Assembly (NCBI GenBank): GCA_964252035.1
Contig: OZ176202.1
Reading direction: 5' to 3' (one strand)
Length of the DNA: 64,000 nt
Source of the DNA: Podarcis erhardii
Lineage: Eukaryota
This document shows, one piece after another, positions 50,040 to 62,774 of the stretch. The notes beneath the pieces were generated by a model, which did no database searches, was not told the origin of the DNA, and saw nothing but the letters and a program-made list of their open reading frames with translations. Position 1 is the stretch's first letter. The number at the start of each line of letters is the position of its first letter. A program made the position numbers and the translations under genes.

Positions 50040-50210
50040 TGCCAATCACCCATTCCCACCACCCTTCTGAGTAATACCCTCCCCACCTTCTCACTATATA
50101 GAAGGGTCTGGTGACTTCTGTTTCAGTGTATCTGAAGAAGTGTGCATGCACACGAAAGCTCATACCTAGAACTAACTTAGTTGGTCTTTAAGGTGCTACT
50201 GGAATGAATT
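50040..50210 (+). mobile_element. Penelope-like element terminal (pseudo-LTR) fragment
   Basis: ctatatagaagggtctgg...ctgaagaagtgtgcatgcacacgaaagctcatac...ttagttggtctttaaggtgctac is the typical layout of reptile Penelope ends. Confidence 0.8.
50128..50165 (+). ncRNA. Minimal type I hammerhead ribozyme motif
   Basis: Stem I GUAU/AUAC, core CUGAAGA, stem II GUGUG-CAUG-CACAC, GAAA, palindromic AGCU helix III, UC cleavage site after 50161. Confidence 0.7.
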
Positions 50211-51819
50211 TTTTTATTTTGTTTTGACAATGGCTTCTATGGTTTGAATCCAGTTCCATGGAGTTCACAGAGGGAGGGATTGCTGCCACCCCACCCAACC
50301 TCAACTAGAAATATTTGTGTCACATTGTATCTTGCTTTGGTGGTGGATGGGGGGGAGGGCTCCCAAGCTTCAGGAGCAGATTTTATAGTGTGCAGAAAAA
50401 GTGCAGGCTGGAATATGTTGTAAAATACACACATGATCCTTTGGATCCCAGCCCTTGCTGTTAAACTCTTACTTAAAGTTATTTGAACATTTTTTGTTTA
50501 ACAAAGATACCTGTGAACTTCACTCCTGGCTGCACAGCTTGCAATTCTTAATACTTCGGCAAAGTCAGATGGAACACTTCTTGCTAACAGTGGCCTATTC
50601 ACCCTTTGTATTACCTCTGAGACCTCACCTTCTATAAACAAGCATTAACCTTGAATCAATCTGTTCCCCTCATTCTCTAAAGGGAGAGCGAGAGTTCAGA
50701 GGTTAATGAACAGCTGAAGCTACTAATAAAAGTTCTGGAAAATCCCAAGTGGAGTACAACATGCCATCTCTGCTGAGCTCGAAAAGATAACTAACAAAAA
50801 TCATTTGAATAGAATATCCTGTCATTCAAAGTGAAAGAAGAAGCATTATTAAATTAACAAGTTTCTATTCATCAAATGTGACATGTTAAGAACAATTTCC
50901 CAGCTCTTCCACATAATCCTCCATTAAAGATGATATAACTTTTAACTTCAGGGCTGTTTATCATGCTAGCAATGTTTAAAACCTTAGCTTAACTAAAAAT
51001 GAAATCTTCTGATGGAAATTTAGGAGGTTTTCAGCCACATTTTTATCTACTCTGTTTTCTGTGGGTATTTGGGGACATTTTCTACACTCCATAACATTTT
51101 AAAGGTGAGTGGTAGGTAGAGATAGCTTGAGATACACTACTCTATTTTATAAAAGTTTACTCTCATCAATTAGCAAGTTCTGCAACTGGAATGGAAAAAA
51201 TATATTTTCAAAATTCACCAGCTTTATATTTTCACTGGGGCCTTCCTGTGTCCATTGTGAAGCTGGCTGTAATTTTGTTTTGCTCCTTTTCTTTTAGTCA
51301 TCACTATACTTGGGTTTTTTAAAAAAACATAAACTCTGCTTACCACCAAGTTTATTTCATGCGTTTATTTAAACAATTCATATACCATGGTCTCCAAGCA
51401 GTGAATCTCTAATTTATCAGTTTTGTTTTAATTATCTTTGAGGAAGCTTGTTTCTGTGGCACGGTTTCAACTCCCAATGAAATTATTCCTTTTTTGCTCC
51501 AAAGACTAAACACATTATGGCAAAAATTGCATTTTTATATACAGTTTGGATGCAAAGGAATACAGCAAGAGCTTTGGGAAAACTTTGAAGAAGAAAAGTC
51601 CAAATTCAGAAAAAAATCAAATTAATAAATTATTCTTACAGTAAATTTTCTAGGCTGCCATTCCAAAGGGAAATTACTCAAGGTGGAATACAAGATCCAT
51701 GCCTGACAGAACATTCAAACTCTGCAATGCACATGGCTATCATTAGGTTACTTTCAGCCAAATCCAAACCAGTTTACTCTCCTGTATTTCAATGGCACCC
51801 AAATGTCTTGGTATTTTAA

Positions 51820-51883
51820 TATTTTGTTGGAAGCGGTCCAGAGCGGCTGGGGAAACCCAGCCAGATGGGCAGGGTATAAATAA

Positions 51884-51930
<47 letters not shown>
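51820..51930 (+). mobile_element. L2 3' tail followed by a (TAT)n microsatellite
   Basis: ggaagcggtccagagcggctggggaaacccagccagatgggcagggtataaataaa then (tat)n. Confidence 0.7.
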
Positions 51931-54900
51931 AATTGTGATCCAATGTCACTTCTCTTTTAGGAATCGAACAGGCACAGTTCTCACAAACCATAGATAAAGA
52001 GCTAGATCTATGTCTTGTCTGTACCACCTCAAGCTGCAGCAGAGAAATTATATTATGGAATACTTACCTATGAAAAAAATATTTTTATGCTCAGAGAGCT
52101 AGCATACAAGGCAAGAAGAGTGGAAAAGCATGCAAGTCCCTCTAGATGTCTAACCTGTAGCTTTGGTTGTGCATCTGTTGTGGGCCAAAGCTCCCCCTAG
52201 ACCTGCTGCAGTTAGGAGCAGACTCACCGTAGGAGGGAGGTCTGGGAGAGGATGTCTTGCCCAAAGGCCCTCCAAAATCTACAGCTAACTTTATATAGAA
52301 GGTTTGCTTTCACAAGTTGTCTGAAAGTATCTTTTTTATATCGAATAACTGAAACTCGGGATATGACATGCAATGGCACTTCAACAGAGAAAGTATGTGG
52401 GGTCTTGCAATAGTGATCAGGGACAGGCAACAGAGGCGTATTTAGGGGAGCACAACCAGTTCAGTTGCAGTGAGTGCGGAGCCTCGGGGGCTCAGTAGGG
52501 GATACGACAACTATTATTTAGAATGGAGCATGAGGTGTGGGGGGGGGGTTGCTGAGACCCTAAGGTCCACCACTGCAGGGATCCACCAGCCTGCAGGCTT
52601 TATCCAACCTATCAAACATTTCAGAATGGCACATTAGCCCGCAGACCCATTTTACTGATGGCAACATCACTGCCACCAAAAAGAAGAACCAAACTTTTGA
52701 ACAAAGTGAGGCCACTAGGTATCTTTCCTAGTGCTGTTCTAGTCCTCACCTGTATTTTGGCTGCAGCAGAGTACAGCTGGGACCATTTGGACCCTTTCTG
52801 AATGTCCTAATGTTTTACTTCTGGTGTTTTGGGGTATCAGAGCAAGCTGGCAGTCAACACAGGGAGCGATTTCTGCTTGGCTCCTGCTCATATTCTTCTC
52901 CATACAATGAGAAATGGTCTCCTCAAGTGTATAAAAGGAACTGCAGAGAGGAGAAAAGGGCAGAGTGTGTGAGTGAGAGTGTGGATGGGTAGGCCTGCTC
53001 ACCACTAAAATGCAACCCTCAGTGGATTGAACATGAGGGAATGTGGCCCTTGAGTTTTAAAAGGTTTCCCAACCCTATTTTGTATACTATTAGTGCATTC
53101 TATATTTATATCAATATCTATGTGCCTCTGCCTTAGTACTATCCAACTTCTAATTGTTTCAAGTAATATACGACAGAATAATGAGTTCCTTGTTTCATTT
53201 TACATATTAAAAGGATTTGTGAAATAGTACACACACATACGCACAGAGTCTGAAGTAGGAGATGAGGCTGATGGTAGGTAAGAAACACCTGTAATTATAC
53301 TCTATTATATTGTCATTTATAAAACACCTCAAGTAGCTAGGTGATGACCAAAGGAAAGATAAATAAGTTCTGTCCTCTGGCTATAGGAATATTTTAATTA
53401 GATAGTCATGACACAGTTGTGTAATTCAGAAGTATGGCTCCATTAAGTGAGATCTAAAACATCTAAAAGATGTGGACTTGAGAAATTAAGGAACCCAGAG
53501 AAACATTCCTCTACCCTGCAGCATTGCCCCAAGAGGCAGCATTTGATAAATTACTGTCTACAAGGATTACTGTCAGACAACAAATAATAAAGTAGCTTAA
53601 TAGCAATTGTATGGTTATAGGAAACAGTGTAAGAAGACCTAATTGGTTTAAAGCCTTCTGTTCCAGGTCATGGCACAGGGCCAATGACAGCTCATGTCAC
53701 ACTTCATAAAAATCATATCTGAATGGAAGGCCAAAATTTTAGATGTGTGCCTCTCCCTGCCCCCTACCAATGTTTCCCTTTAAAAGTCATTTTTAAAATG
53801 CAAAGTCAGCCCGATCCTCCAAACTGATAAGGGCACAGAAGACAACCGTCTTTATCCAAACTCTCAGGGGGTACTGCTAGAAAGAGAGTGTGGTTATTTT
53901 TCAGTATCTCTAAGGTCCTCCAGAGCAACTCAAGCAGATGGAAGATAATTAAACCTTAAACAGGGCTGAAGATGGCAGATACACAACAGATTGTCCATCT
54001 CTGATGAGAATCAAAGTTTTGGCAAGAGTACTAAAGCAACCTATCTAGGATTTCCAGTTTCAGTCATTTTCCTTCAACAGTGCTGCAGCAATTGGGTTTG
54101 TTTTCATACATGTGTTTCAGAGTTATGAAGGAATGGTAATGGTAACAAGTGAACATTTACTGTTGCTTTTCAAATGAAGGAAGATTAGGATGATTAATAC
54201 ATGCCCTTTTCTTGCAAAATACATTGAATTTGCTTCATTGCCGTCCATCAGCAAATTATTCATTATCTCATATATATTCAAACTCTATCCCATACTTACG
54301 GAACCATTAGAAGTCCTGCTCTAATGCTCTAATCCTAAACAAACATGCTAGGGAGTAAGTTTGTTGAACAAAGTGGGATTTACTTCCAACTAAAGCATGC
54401 ATGGGATTACATTGCAAGATTGTGTATGGGTCTTGTATTCATTTTTAGGTTAAAGAGTTTGTACTGATATGTAAACATATTACTACCTTGTTTTTAATCG
54501 CTCAACAAGCTCAGGAGAAGTGGAAGGAGAACTGCTTAACCTGCTTTGTTAGGCTTGCTAGGAGCAATCCTTAACTCATCAGGTCAAGAGTCTGCCATGG
54601 AACAGGGAACAAGGAATATTTCCAATGTGGATTATTTCAGATTTTATCCATTGCTGCTTATATGCTTTATTCAGTTCCTAAGTCAAAGCTAAGGAGAAAT
54701 CAAAGCAGAACAAATGTTCTGCACAGATTTGTTCAACAGTACATTTCTCAGTATCCCTGGAAGTCTTCTATTTGGAAAACTTTGTTATATATTTTTCAGT
54801 ATAAGCCAAATCATGTACTAATGGAACTGACAAGGATTCCCTGCTGCACCTCTCCATAGGACATACAAGGCTTATTTCTCATAAAAATTGCTTGCACATA

Positions 54901-55374
54901 AGCATTCATAAGAATTCAGGATTTACTAAGTATTAAACCTAGAGGTTCAGCAGTGTTACTTCAGCATGGCTGCTACGCTCTACTTAATCAACACATTTGT
55001 CTCAGCATTGTCATCTCATAACCTGCAGACATGGAGTCAAAATAGCTATGCTTACTTATCTGCAACTCAAAATTAATTATCACATTTGCTGTTTACTTGG
55101 AGAGTAATAAGGCAGCTGCCAAACAGATTTCTTTTCTATAAATCTGTGTTTTTACAAAGCTAGGTTTCATGTCAATAGTGCTGTCACTAGAAGTTTGCTT
55201 GCACAACAATTTGGCCCAGTTTGAGAGTGCATAGCGTATAATTTCACCTTTTTCCTGTCCCTCTTTTTTGCATAGGGATGAATATGAATCTGTACTGCAT
55301 TATTTTTCTGTACCACAGGCTGCAGCAAATTTATGTGTCCACAAACACTAATGGAGATGGGTTCCCTACTTTGA

Positions 55375-55490
55375 GAGAATCATAGAGTTGAAAGGGACTG
55401 CAAGGGTCATCTAGTCCAACTCCTGCAATAGAGGAATATTTTGCCCAATGTGGGCTCAAACCCACAACCCTATGATTAAGAGTCTCATGT
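55375..55490 (-). mobile_element. tRNA-head/CR1-tail SINE (truncated)
   Basis: Same tail block as 8248-8380 and 48711-48861. Confidence 0.7.
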
Positions 55491-57429
55491 TGGACAACAA
55501 CTGCAAACAATTCTAACTAGCAAGGCCAACAGCAAAGGGTGATAGAAATTGTTGTAGCTAGAGGTCATCAGCTGTAGTAATTAATTATACACATACACAG
55601 TCATGAGAAAAACTGAAAAAGGTAAATGAAATTAAGGACAATACTCAAAGAATGGCATTGAACTAAATTTTACTCAGAGTTGACCCACTTCAATTAAAGA
55701 CTGTAACTTAGTTATGTTCATTAATTTCAATGGGTGCACTCTGAGTAAAACTTAGTTGAATGTTGCCCATAGACCCTAAAAACTACAGGCCTAGCCCACA
55801 AACTTTAAAACACAGCCAGACTGTTTACTCGCATGACTATTTCCCTGAGAGCACCACCTACAAGGGGAGAGTGGATCTGGGCACAGTTACCCCCTTCTAG
55901 ACAGGATTACCGGGAGATGTTTATGTGGGGCTGAAGACTATCAGGAAATTTAAATTGTCATGTTTAGAATCAGGCTATGTTTTGTGGAGTATGCATCTCA
56001 ACTGTTACAGAGGCTTCTGATCCCAAAGTGTGCACCACCAATACTGAAGAGGCTGTGATGAAGTCAGCATCTCCAGTGGGTAAATGGGGTGGTATCCAAT
56101 GATGTCTGCAAACAAACAAAACTGATGCTAATGTATACAGTGGGACCTCTCCTCCTCCATGCAATTTCCCACTTCTACGCTAGAGAGTCCCCCAACCATT
56201 TAGAGTAGATCTTTGGGGTCTGCAGTGAGCTGCAGGGGACAGAAGCAGAAGTAATGATGCTTCTATGATACTGGATTTCATTCATAATGAGCAACATTCA
56301 ACACCAGTCACAATAACAGCTCAAGAGTATTTCACACTAGTGATCAGCTGTAATAAAGCTCTCTAACCAGCTAACAGATAGATATATTGCTCTGTTAATC
56401 TTCACAGCAGTTAAGATTATTTAAACACTATTTCTACAACAACTTATTTTACCACTGAACAACTTGTACTACTGTCACAACAAAGAACTAATTGTACTCT
56501 AAGAACCCATCCGTTTCCTACAACAAAAGCTTTCTGCAGTTTGCTTCCCTTATTTTCTCTCTCAGGGTGAGCACAGCTTTCAGCCTTAATCATGTATTTG
56601 TCCATGTGGTAGGAATTTATTCTATAAATTCTATAAATAATTAGATCTGCAACCTTAACAATTTACTCCAGCACCCTGGCTTTATGAATTGCATTTTCAA
56701 CTCAAGACTATAAATTAAAGTCTGTTTTTTTCACTCAGCCCAACTGGAAAACAAAAACAAAAAACAAAAGTCAATGCCTGACAATAAAAACCTAATCTTC
56801 TTCCAAGTGAAATCAAATGGATTCTGAGTGTATGGAACATTTTCGTAATGGACAAACTAGCTATGTCTGAATGATAAATTCAAGCAATATGCAGTTCTAT
56901 TTAACCATCAGACTCAACGGCTCAGATCAACCAGCTACACTGAAAAACTTTGTTCTACTGCAGTTTTAAAGAACAGCATAAATGATGGCGATTTCCAGGG
57001 AATTCATGATGGTTGCAGGAAGATGATACTTAAGCTTCCACCAAATTTTCTGTGTTACCTGGTAGAATGCAGAGCTCTGCCTTCAATTCAATGATGTATC
57101 CTAATTGCCTGTTACAGTTTCTGAAATGATAAGCTCCCCTTGGGTACTTTATTGCCTTTTTAATATAGTGTGGGAGCATGCAGGTTGAGCTTAAGGCACA
57201 ATAACTAGATCTGGGTTTCTCTGGTCTAAATCCCTATGCAAGAATAAAGTTTCCTGCAAATAAAAAAAAATGTAGTCTTTCCCAGCAAATAAAAAAGTTT
57301 ATCCTTGAAATATAATTTATGACACGTTGACAGAAAATGCAATTACTGTATGTGAACTGAAATTTCTACTCTCCAATGTTCCTGACATATAACTACAGTT
57401 TTAGAATATTTTTTACCATATATGTAATG

Positions 57430-57800
57430 AGATGACAACAACAACAACAACAACAAGAATTTATAGTTGCCCCAGCCATGCCGGGCAGCTTCCAACAAAT
57501 TATAAAACCACAATAAAACATAAAACATTAAAAACTTCCCTATACAGGGCTGCCTTCAGATGTCTTCTAAAAGTCAGATAGATGTTTATTTCCTTTCTGA
57601 TGGGAGTGAATTTGATGGGAGTGAATTCCACAGAGCGGCCCAGACAATACTGTGAAGGCCCCTTTGCCTAGTTCCCTGTAACCTCACTTCTTGCAATGAG
57701 GGAACTACCAGAAGGCCTCAGAGCTGGATCTCAGTATCCAGGATGAATGATGGAGGTGGAGACACTCCTTCAGATATACAGGGCTGAGGCCATTTAGTCT
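57430..57800 (-). mobile_element. L2 3' fragment
   Basis: (aac)n tail then ccccagccatgccgggcagcttccaaca...gggctgccttcagatgtcttc...gaggccatttag. Confidence 0.7.
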
Positions 57801-59089
57801 GGAAGCTGCATTCAAGATTAGCGGTAGTTTCAGAGTCGCCTTCCAAGGTTGCCCCACATAGAGCACCTTCTCACCTACACACTAGGCTCACCTGTCCTAC
57901 AATTCATGTGTGGGGGAAACTTTTGAAGAGACTGTTATAAACATAAAACCCATCATGCATAGGTTTGAAGACAATCTGTATCACACACAGAAGTCATTCA
58001 TGAGATCTGGGCATACTCACATCAGATTTCACATGTACATGCCATTCAAACGTAATGTCAAGGCTGTACTTTTGCTCATGTCCAAGGCAGGACTAAAAGG
58101 CATGATTATGCTATCCTCTGCAAATGGGGAAAGTATAATCTCATCAAGCCTATTATAAATCCACAGGATTACCAAATTAATCACAATTTTTGTTTGAACA
58201 AAAGGTTCTTGTCAATTCAGGATTTAACACAATGATTTGGTTAAGTATAGACACAACATTTTCTGACCTATTAACCACAGGAGCACCCCTCAAACTTGTA
58301 TGCTTCTCTGAGATCATTCCACTTGAATTCTCCCATCCCTATGCTTTTCAGTGATATCTATGGTTGCTGTTTACTTTGCATCAAGGGCACTAAATATAAT
58401 TAGCTTTAAACTAAAGCCTGAATTGAAGAAAATGTGGGTAGTATTTATCATTCTTTGTGAGAGACAAAGGTGCCATAGTATACTGATCTGCTCTACATCA
58501 GTGCAGTAACAGGAAAGAATATTGTGGAACCTTAGAGATTAGCAGATTTTTTTCTCCCATAACTCTGAAAATTATTCCTAGATAGAATTCATCACTTCAA
58601 ATTGGGGGATCACATGTTTGAATGTTTTCTTCGAACCCCATAGCACAAACCTGTCAAAGAGAAAGCTAGACTACAGCCCTTCTCTCTGGCAATCCCTTTC
58701 TCCCAGCAGGGTGAACAGTTTTACTATCTGATCTGTTGTTTGTGTAGTCTAGTTCTCATATCCACGAGGAAATGGGGAGGTGAGGGGGCTTGAGGAGAGA
58801 GAAATAAAATCTGCTGGGCAAATCACATTCTATTCCCATGAGAAGTCACAGAGACTTCAGAAGCGATTTTCCTTTCACAACATTTCCTGTATCTATAGCA
58901 ACCTATTTCTATAGACAACTGCAGCTACCTTTCATTTTCCTAATAAACTGAAAGGCTTTTTAATGTCTATTATTTCTGTTTGTGTGGCTGACTTATTTGA
59001 TGTGAACAACTACCATTACACTGTGTACCACAGATTCAGTTATCCACATTATGAAGGCCACGTAATATCACAACTCAAAGCAGGGGGTT

Positions 59090-59460
59090 TCTTCTGAACA
59101 GGACAATCTTGTGGGCACCTTAAAGATGAAATAATTTATTACAGCATAACCTTTTGTGAACATCAGATACACATGTACATAAAAGGTGTGTGTGTGTTGA
59201 AAGCTGGAGCTAAATGGCAATGAAATACAAAAAGTAGTTGTGACAATTTAATTTGGGCTTAAATGCATCCATCCAACTTCTACATTTTCTCCCTTGACAC
59301 CCATATGTGTGTGATTGTGTGTGAGAGATGCAAACTGAGGATTGTACATGTATCTAACAAAGTAGACTCTAGTCCACGAAAACATATTCTATAATGCATT
59401 TGTTAATATTAAAGGTGGGACAAGACTCTCTGTTGCTTTTGCAGCAACAAGTTAACATGG
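59090..59460. mobile_element. Two degenerate, inverted Penelope-end fragments
   Basis: caccttaaagatgaaataatttatt (minus copy) and atttgttaatattaaaggtgggacaagac (plus copy). Hammerhead cores are mutated. Confidence 0.55.
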
Positions 59461-60755
59461 CTACCAATCTGGAAAAGACAGGATTGGAGTTTCCATAATA
59501 TGTGTCTGTAACTCTGTGAATGATAATGGATCAGTACAAGTGTACTAAAACTGCCACGCTTAAAAGACAAGAAGGGAAACAGGTATGTGTATACTCTGCT
59601 GCAACAACTTACCGTTTTATCTTGTTATCTAGCTCACTAAAAGCAAGTGTAATTTGACAAAATGGCTAATGCCACAGATAAATAAATCTGAAGGGGGGGG
59701 GGGTCCGAACTGTTTCCAAGCTTCTTCTTCTTCCGTTTGAACTTTTAAAGCTGCTATTACTACACAGCTGACATGCCTCAGACTATTCAGAACTATTCCC
59801 ATTCTGATAATTACTGTCCTTAGCTTACAAAGCTGTTTCTGCCACAGAAACACTCTTCAGTTTGTACAGACGAGCAGGCATTAAAAGGCAATTCTGCATT
59901 TGTCTTTCAATAGAAAAGGAAATCGTGTCATTCAGCACAACCTAAGATGCTAATTCTTGACAGATCTGTCAAATACATGATCCTTACCGCCTACACAGCT
60001 GAATCAACACTTACATAGCAAAATAGGGGTGGGAAAAGAAGGGGGGTTATACAGAAAGCAGATATGCCCCTTTCAGGAAAGCTACAGTCTTTGTTTTACT
60101 ACAATGGACATCTGTGCCATGCAAATATTAGCGGCTTACAAAGCTGAACAATTACTGAAGCTGCTAAATTTACTATTAAGACTAAAAATCAGGATGCTTT
60201 CTGTTTAAAATCACTTGAGGCTACTTTTCACTGATTCCCTCAACCCTTCATGTCTTATTACTCATGAACTGACAAGCCGCACAATAATTTTAAACTATCA
60301 AACTTTTTGATTCATCAGAAGCAGCTGACTGCATCGTAACTTGATTTCAGATATATTTAGAAGGGGATTCTTAGAAAGCATAACATGAGGAGATATGTGT
60401 TTAGCAGTGGATAGAAATTGGATATAAGTTTACAGAACGCCATGAGATACCCCCCAAAATAAAATAATCTATTTGGATTTAAATCAATATGGGCACAATC
60501 ATAATACAAGAAGAGCCCCCTTGCAATGCAATACTGCATAGCACAAATATAGTGTAATTCTAATCTTTAGTGTAGTAGAAGAATCACAACAAGCTGGGAG
60601 TGAAATCTAAGAGAAGCAAAACAAGTAAAGGGCTATTCTAAGATGTGAGATCTTCGGATGAAGGGGGTATACAAATTTAATTAAATAATAGCTGATAAAG
60701 AAGGGAGAAATAGAGCTGGGTGTAATACCCATACTGGTGACACCATACTCCAAAC

Positions 60756-60975
60756 CAGGGGTCAGCAACCTTTTTCAGCAGTAGGCTGGTCCACCATCCC
60801 TCATTTAAAAAATGAACAAATTCCTATGACCCACAAATAACCCAGAGATGCATTTTAAATAAAAGCACACATTCTACTCATGTAAAAACATGCTGATTCC
60901 TGGACCGTCCGCGGGACGGATTTAGAAGGCGACTGGGCTGCATCCAGCCTCCAAGCCTTAGGTTGCCCACCCCTG
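60756..60975 (+). mobile_element. hAT MITE
   Basis: caggggtcagcaacc...ggttgcccacccctg, TSD ctccaaac/ctgcaaac (7 of 8). Confidence 0.85.
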
Positions 60976-61044
60976 CTGCAAACCCTGACTGTTTCCAACA
61001 GATGTTTATGAATAAGGAAAATAAGTATGTTAGGGGGAAAGTAT

Positions 61045-62266
61045 TTGTTGTTCTTGTTTAGTCGTTTAATTGTGTCCAACTCTTCGTGACCCCATGGACC
61101 AGAGCACGCCAGGCACTCCTGTCTTCCACTGCCTCCCGCAGTTTGGTCAAACTCATGTTGGTAGCTTCGAGAACACTGTCCAGCCATCTCGTCCTCTGTC
61201 GTCCCCTTCTCCTTGTGCCCTTCATCTTTCTCAACATCAGGGTCTTTTCCAGAAAGTCTTCTCTTCTCATGTGGTGGCCAAAGTATTGGAGCCTCAGCTT
61301 CAGGATCTGTCCTTCCAGTGAGCACTCAGGGCTGATTTCCTTCAGAATGGACAGGTTTTCTGGAACGCTCTAGCTTTCTCCACAATCCAGCGCATGTTTG
61401 CAATTTGGTCTCTGGTTCCTCTGCCCCTTCGAAATCCAGCTTGCACTTCTGGGAGTTCTCGGTCCACATATTGCTTGAGCCTTCCTTGTAGACTTTTAAG
61501 CATAACCTTGCTAGCGTGTGAAGTGAGTGCAATTGTGCGGTAGTTGGAGAATTCTTTGGCACTGCCCTTCTTTGGGATTGGGATGTAGACTGATCTTCTC
61601 TAATCCTCTGGCCACTGGTGAGTTTTCCAAACTTGCTGGCATATTCAGTGTAGCACCTTAACAGCATCCTGTTAAATTTTTTTATAGTTCAGCTGGAATA
61701 TCATCACTTCCACTGGCCTTGTTATTAGCAGTGCTTTCTAAGGCCCATTTGACTTCACTCTCTAGGATGTCTGGCTCAAGGTCAACAACCACACTACCTG
61801 GGGTATACGAGAAATTCATATGTTTCTGGTATAATTCCTATGTGTATTCTTGCCACCTCTTCTTGATGTCTTCTGCTTCTGTTAGGCCCTTTCCACTTTT
61901 GTCCTTTATTATGGTAATCTTTGTATGAAATGTTCCTTTCATATCTCCAAATTTCTTAAACAGACCTCTAGTTTTTCCCATTCTGTTGTTTTCCTCTATT
62001 TCTTTGCATTGCTCGTTTAAGAAGGCCCTCTTGTCTCTCCTTGATATTTTTTGGAAATCTGCATTCAATTTCCTGTATCTTTCACTATCTCCCTCGCATT
62101 TTGCTTGCCTTCTCTCCCCCGCTATTTGCAAGGCCTCGTTGGACAGCCACTTTGCTTTCTTGCATTTCCTTTTCATTGGGATGGTTTTAGCTGCTGCCTC
62201 CTGTATAATGTTACAAGCCTCCATCCATAGTTCTTCAGGCACTCTTTCCACCAAATCTAAATCTAA
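61045..62266 (-). mobile_element. Bov-B (RTE) LINE, 5'-truncated, internally deleted and dead
   Basis: ORF remnants VPEELWMEACNIIQEAAAKTIPMKRKCKKAKWLS...KRWQEYT* and RREDFLEKTLML...RQRTRWLDSV, (aac)n tail, in-frame stop, long TSD. Confidence 0.95.
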
Positions 62267-62566
62267 ATGTTTATGAATGAGGAAAATAAGTATGTTAGGG
62301 AAAAATTATACTATCAGTAAATAAAAATTCTAGAACGTTAAAAGGAATCCAGAAGATCTAAGATGGGTTCTAAAGAGTTGAACCCAAAGCACTGCTAACC
62401 CACAGTACCATCAGTGCAAGGACTACTAACCGAGTTACTGAGCCTCCATTTCATCAGACACTTCATTTTCCAGACTGATGCACAATGTAGAAAACTGCAC
62501 TTATAGCACAGTAGCCACACTCTGGAAGTGTATATGCCTTGGTCCATGTTCAGGGGGGCATCCCCC

Positions 62567-62774
62567 CAGAGGTGGAGCTAGCTGCTCTGACACCCAGAGC
62601 AGTGCACATGCTGTGCACCCAGGGGTGGGTGGTGGGGCTAGCCGCCCACGGGAGTGGGCCGAGTGTCCCAGGAGGGCGCTGCCTGTGGTAAGCATTCAAG
62701 GGGGGCGGGGCGGCAATGTCACCCCCTTCAGCGATGACACCCGGGGCAGCCCGCACCCCCTTCCTCCGCCAGTG
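62567..62774. mobile_element. GC-rich hAT MITE
   Basis: cagaggtggagc...cctccgccagtg TIRs, TSD catccccc/cagccccc (7 of 8). Confidence 0.75.

Noticed and set aside
59340-59385. Second hammerhead candidate
   Set aside because: The core reads CTAACAA instead of CTGANGA, so it is inactive.
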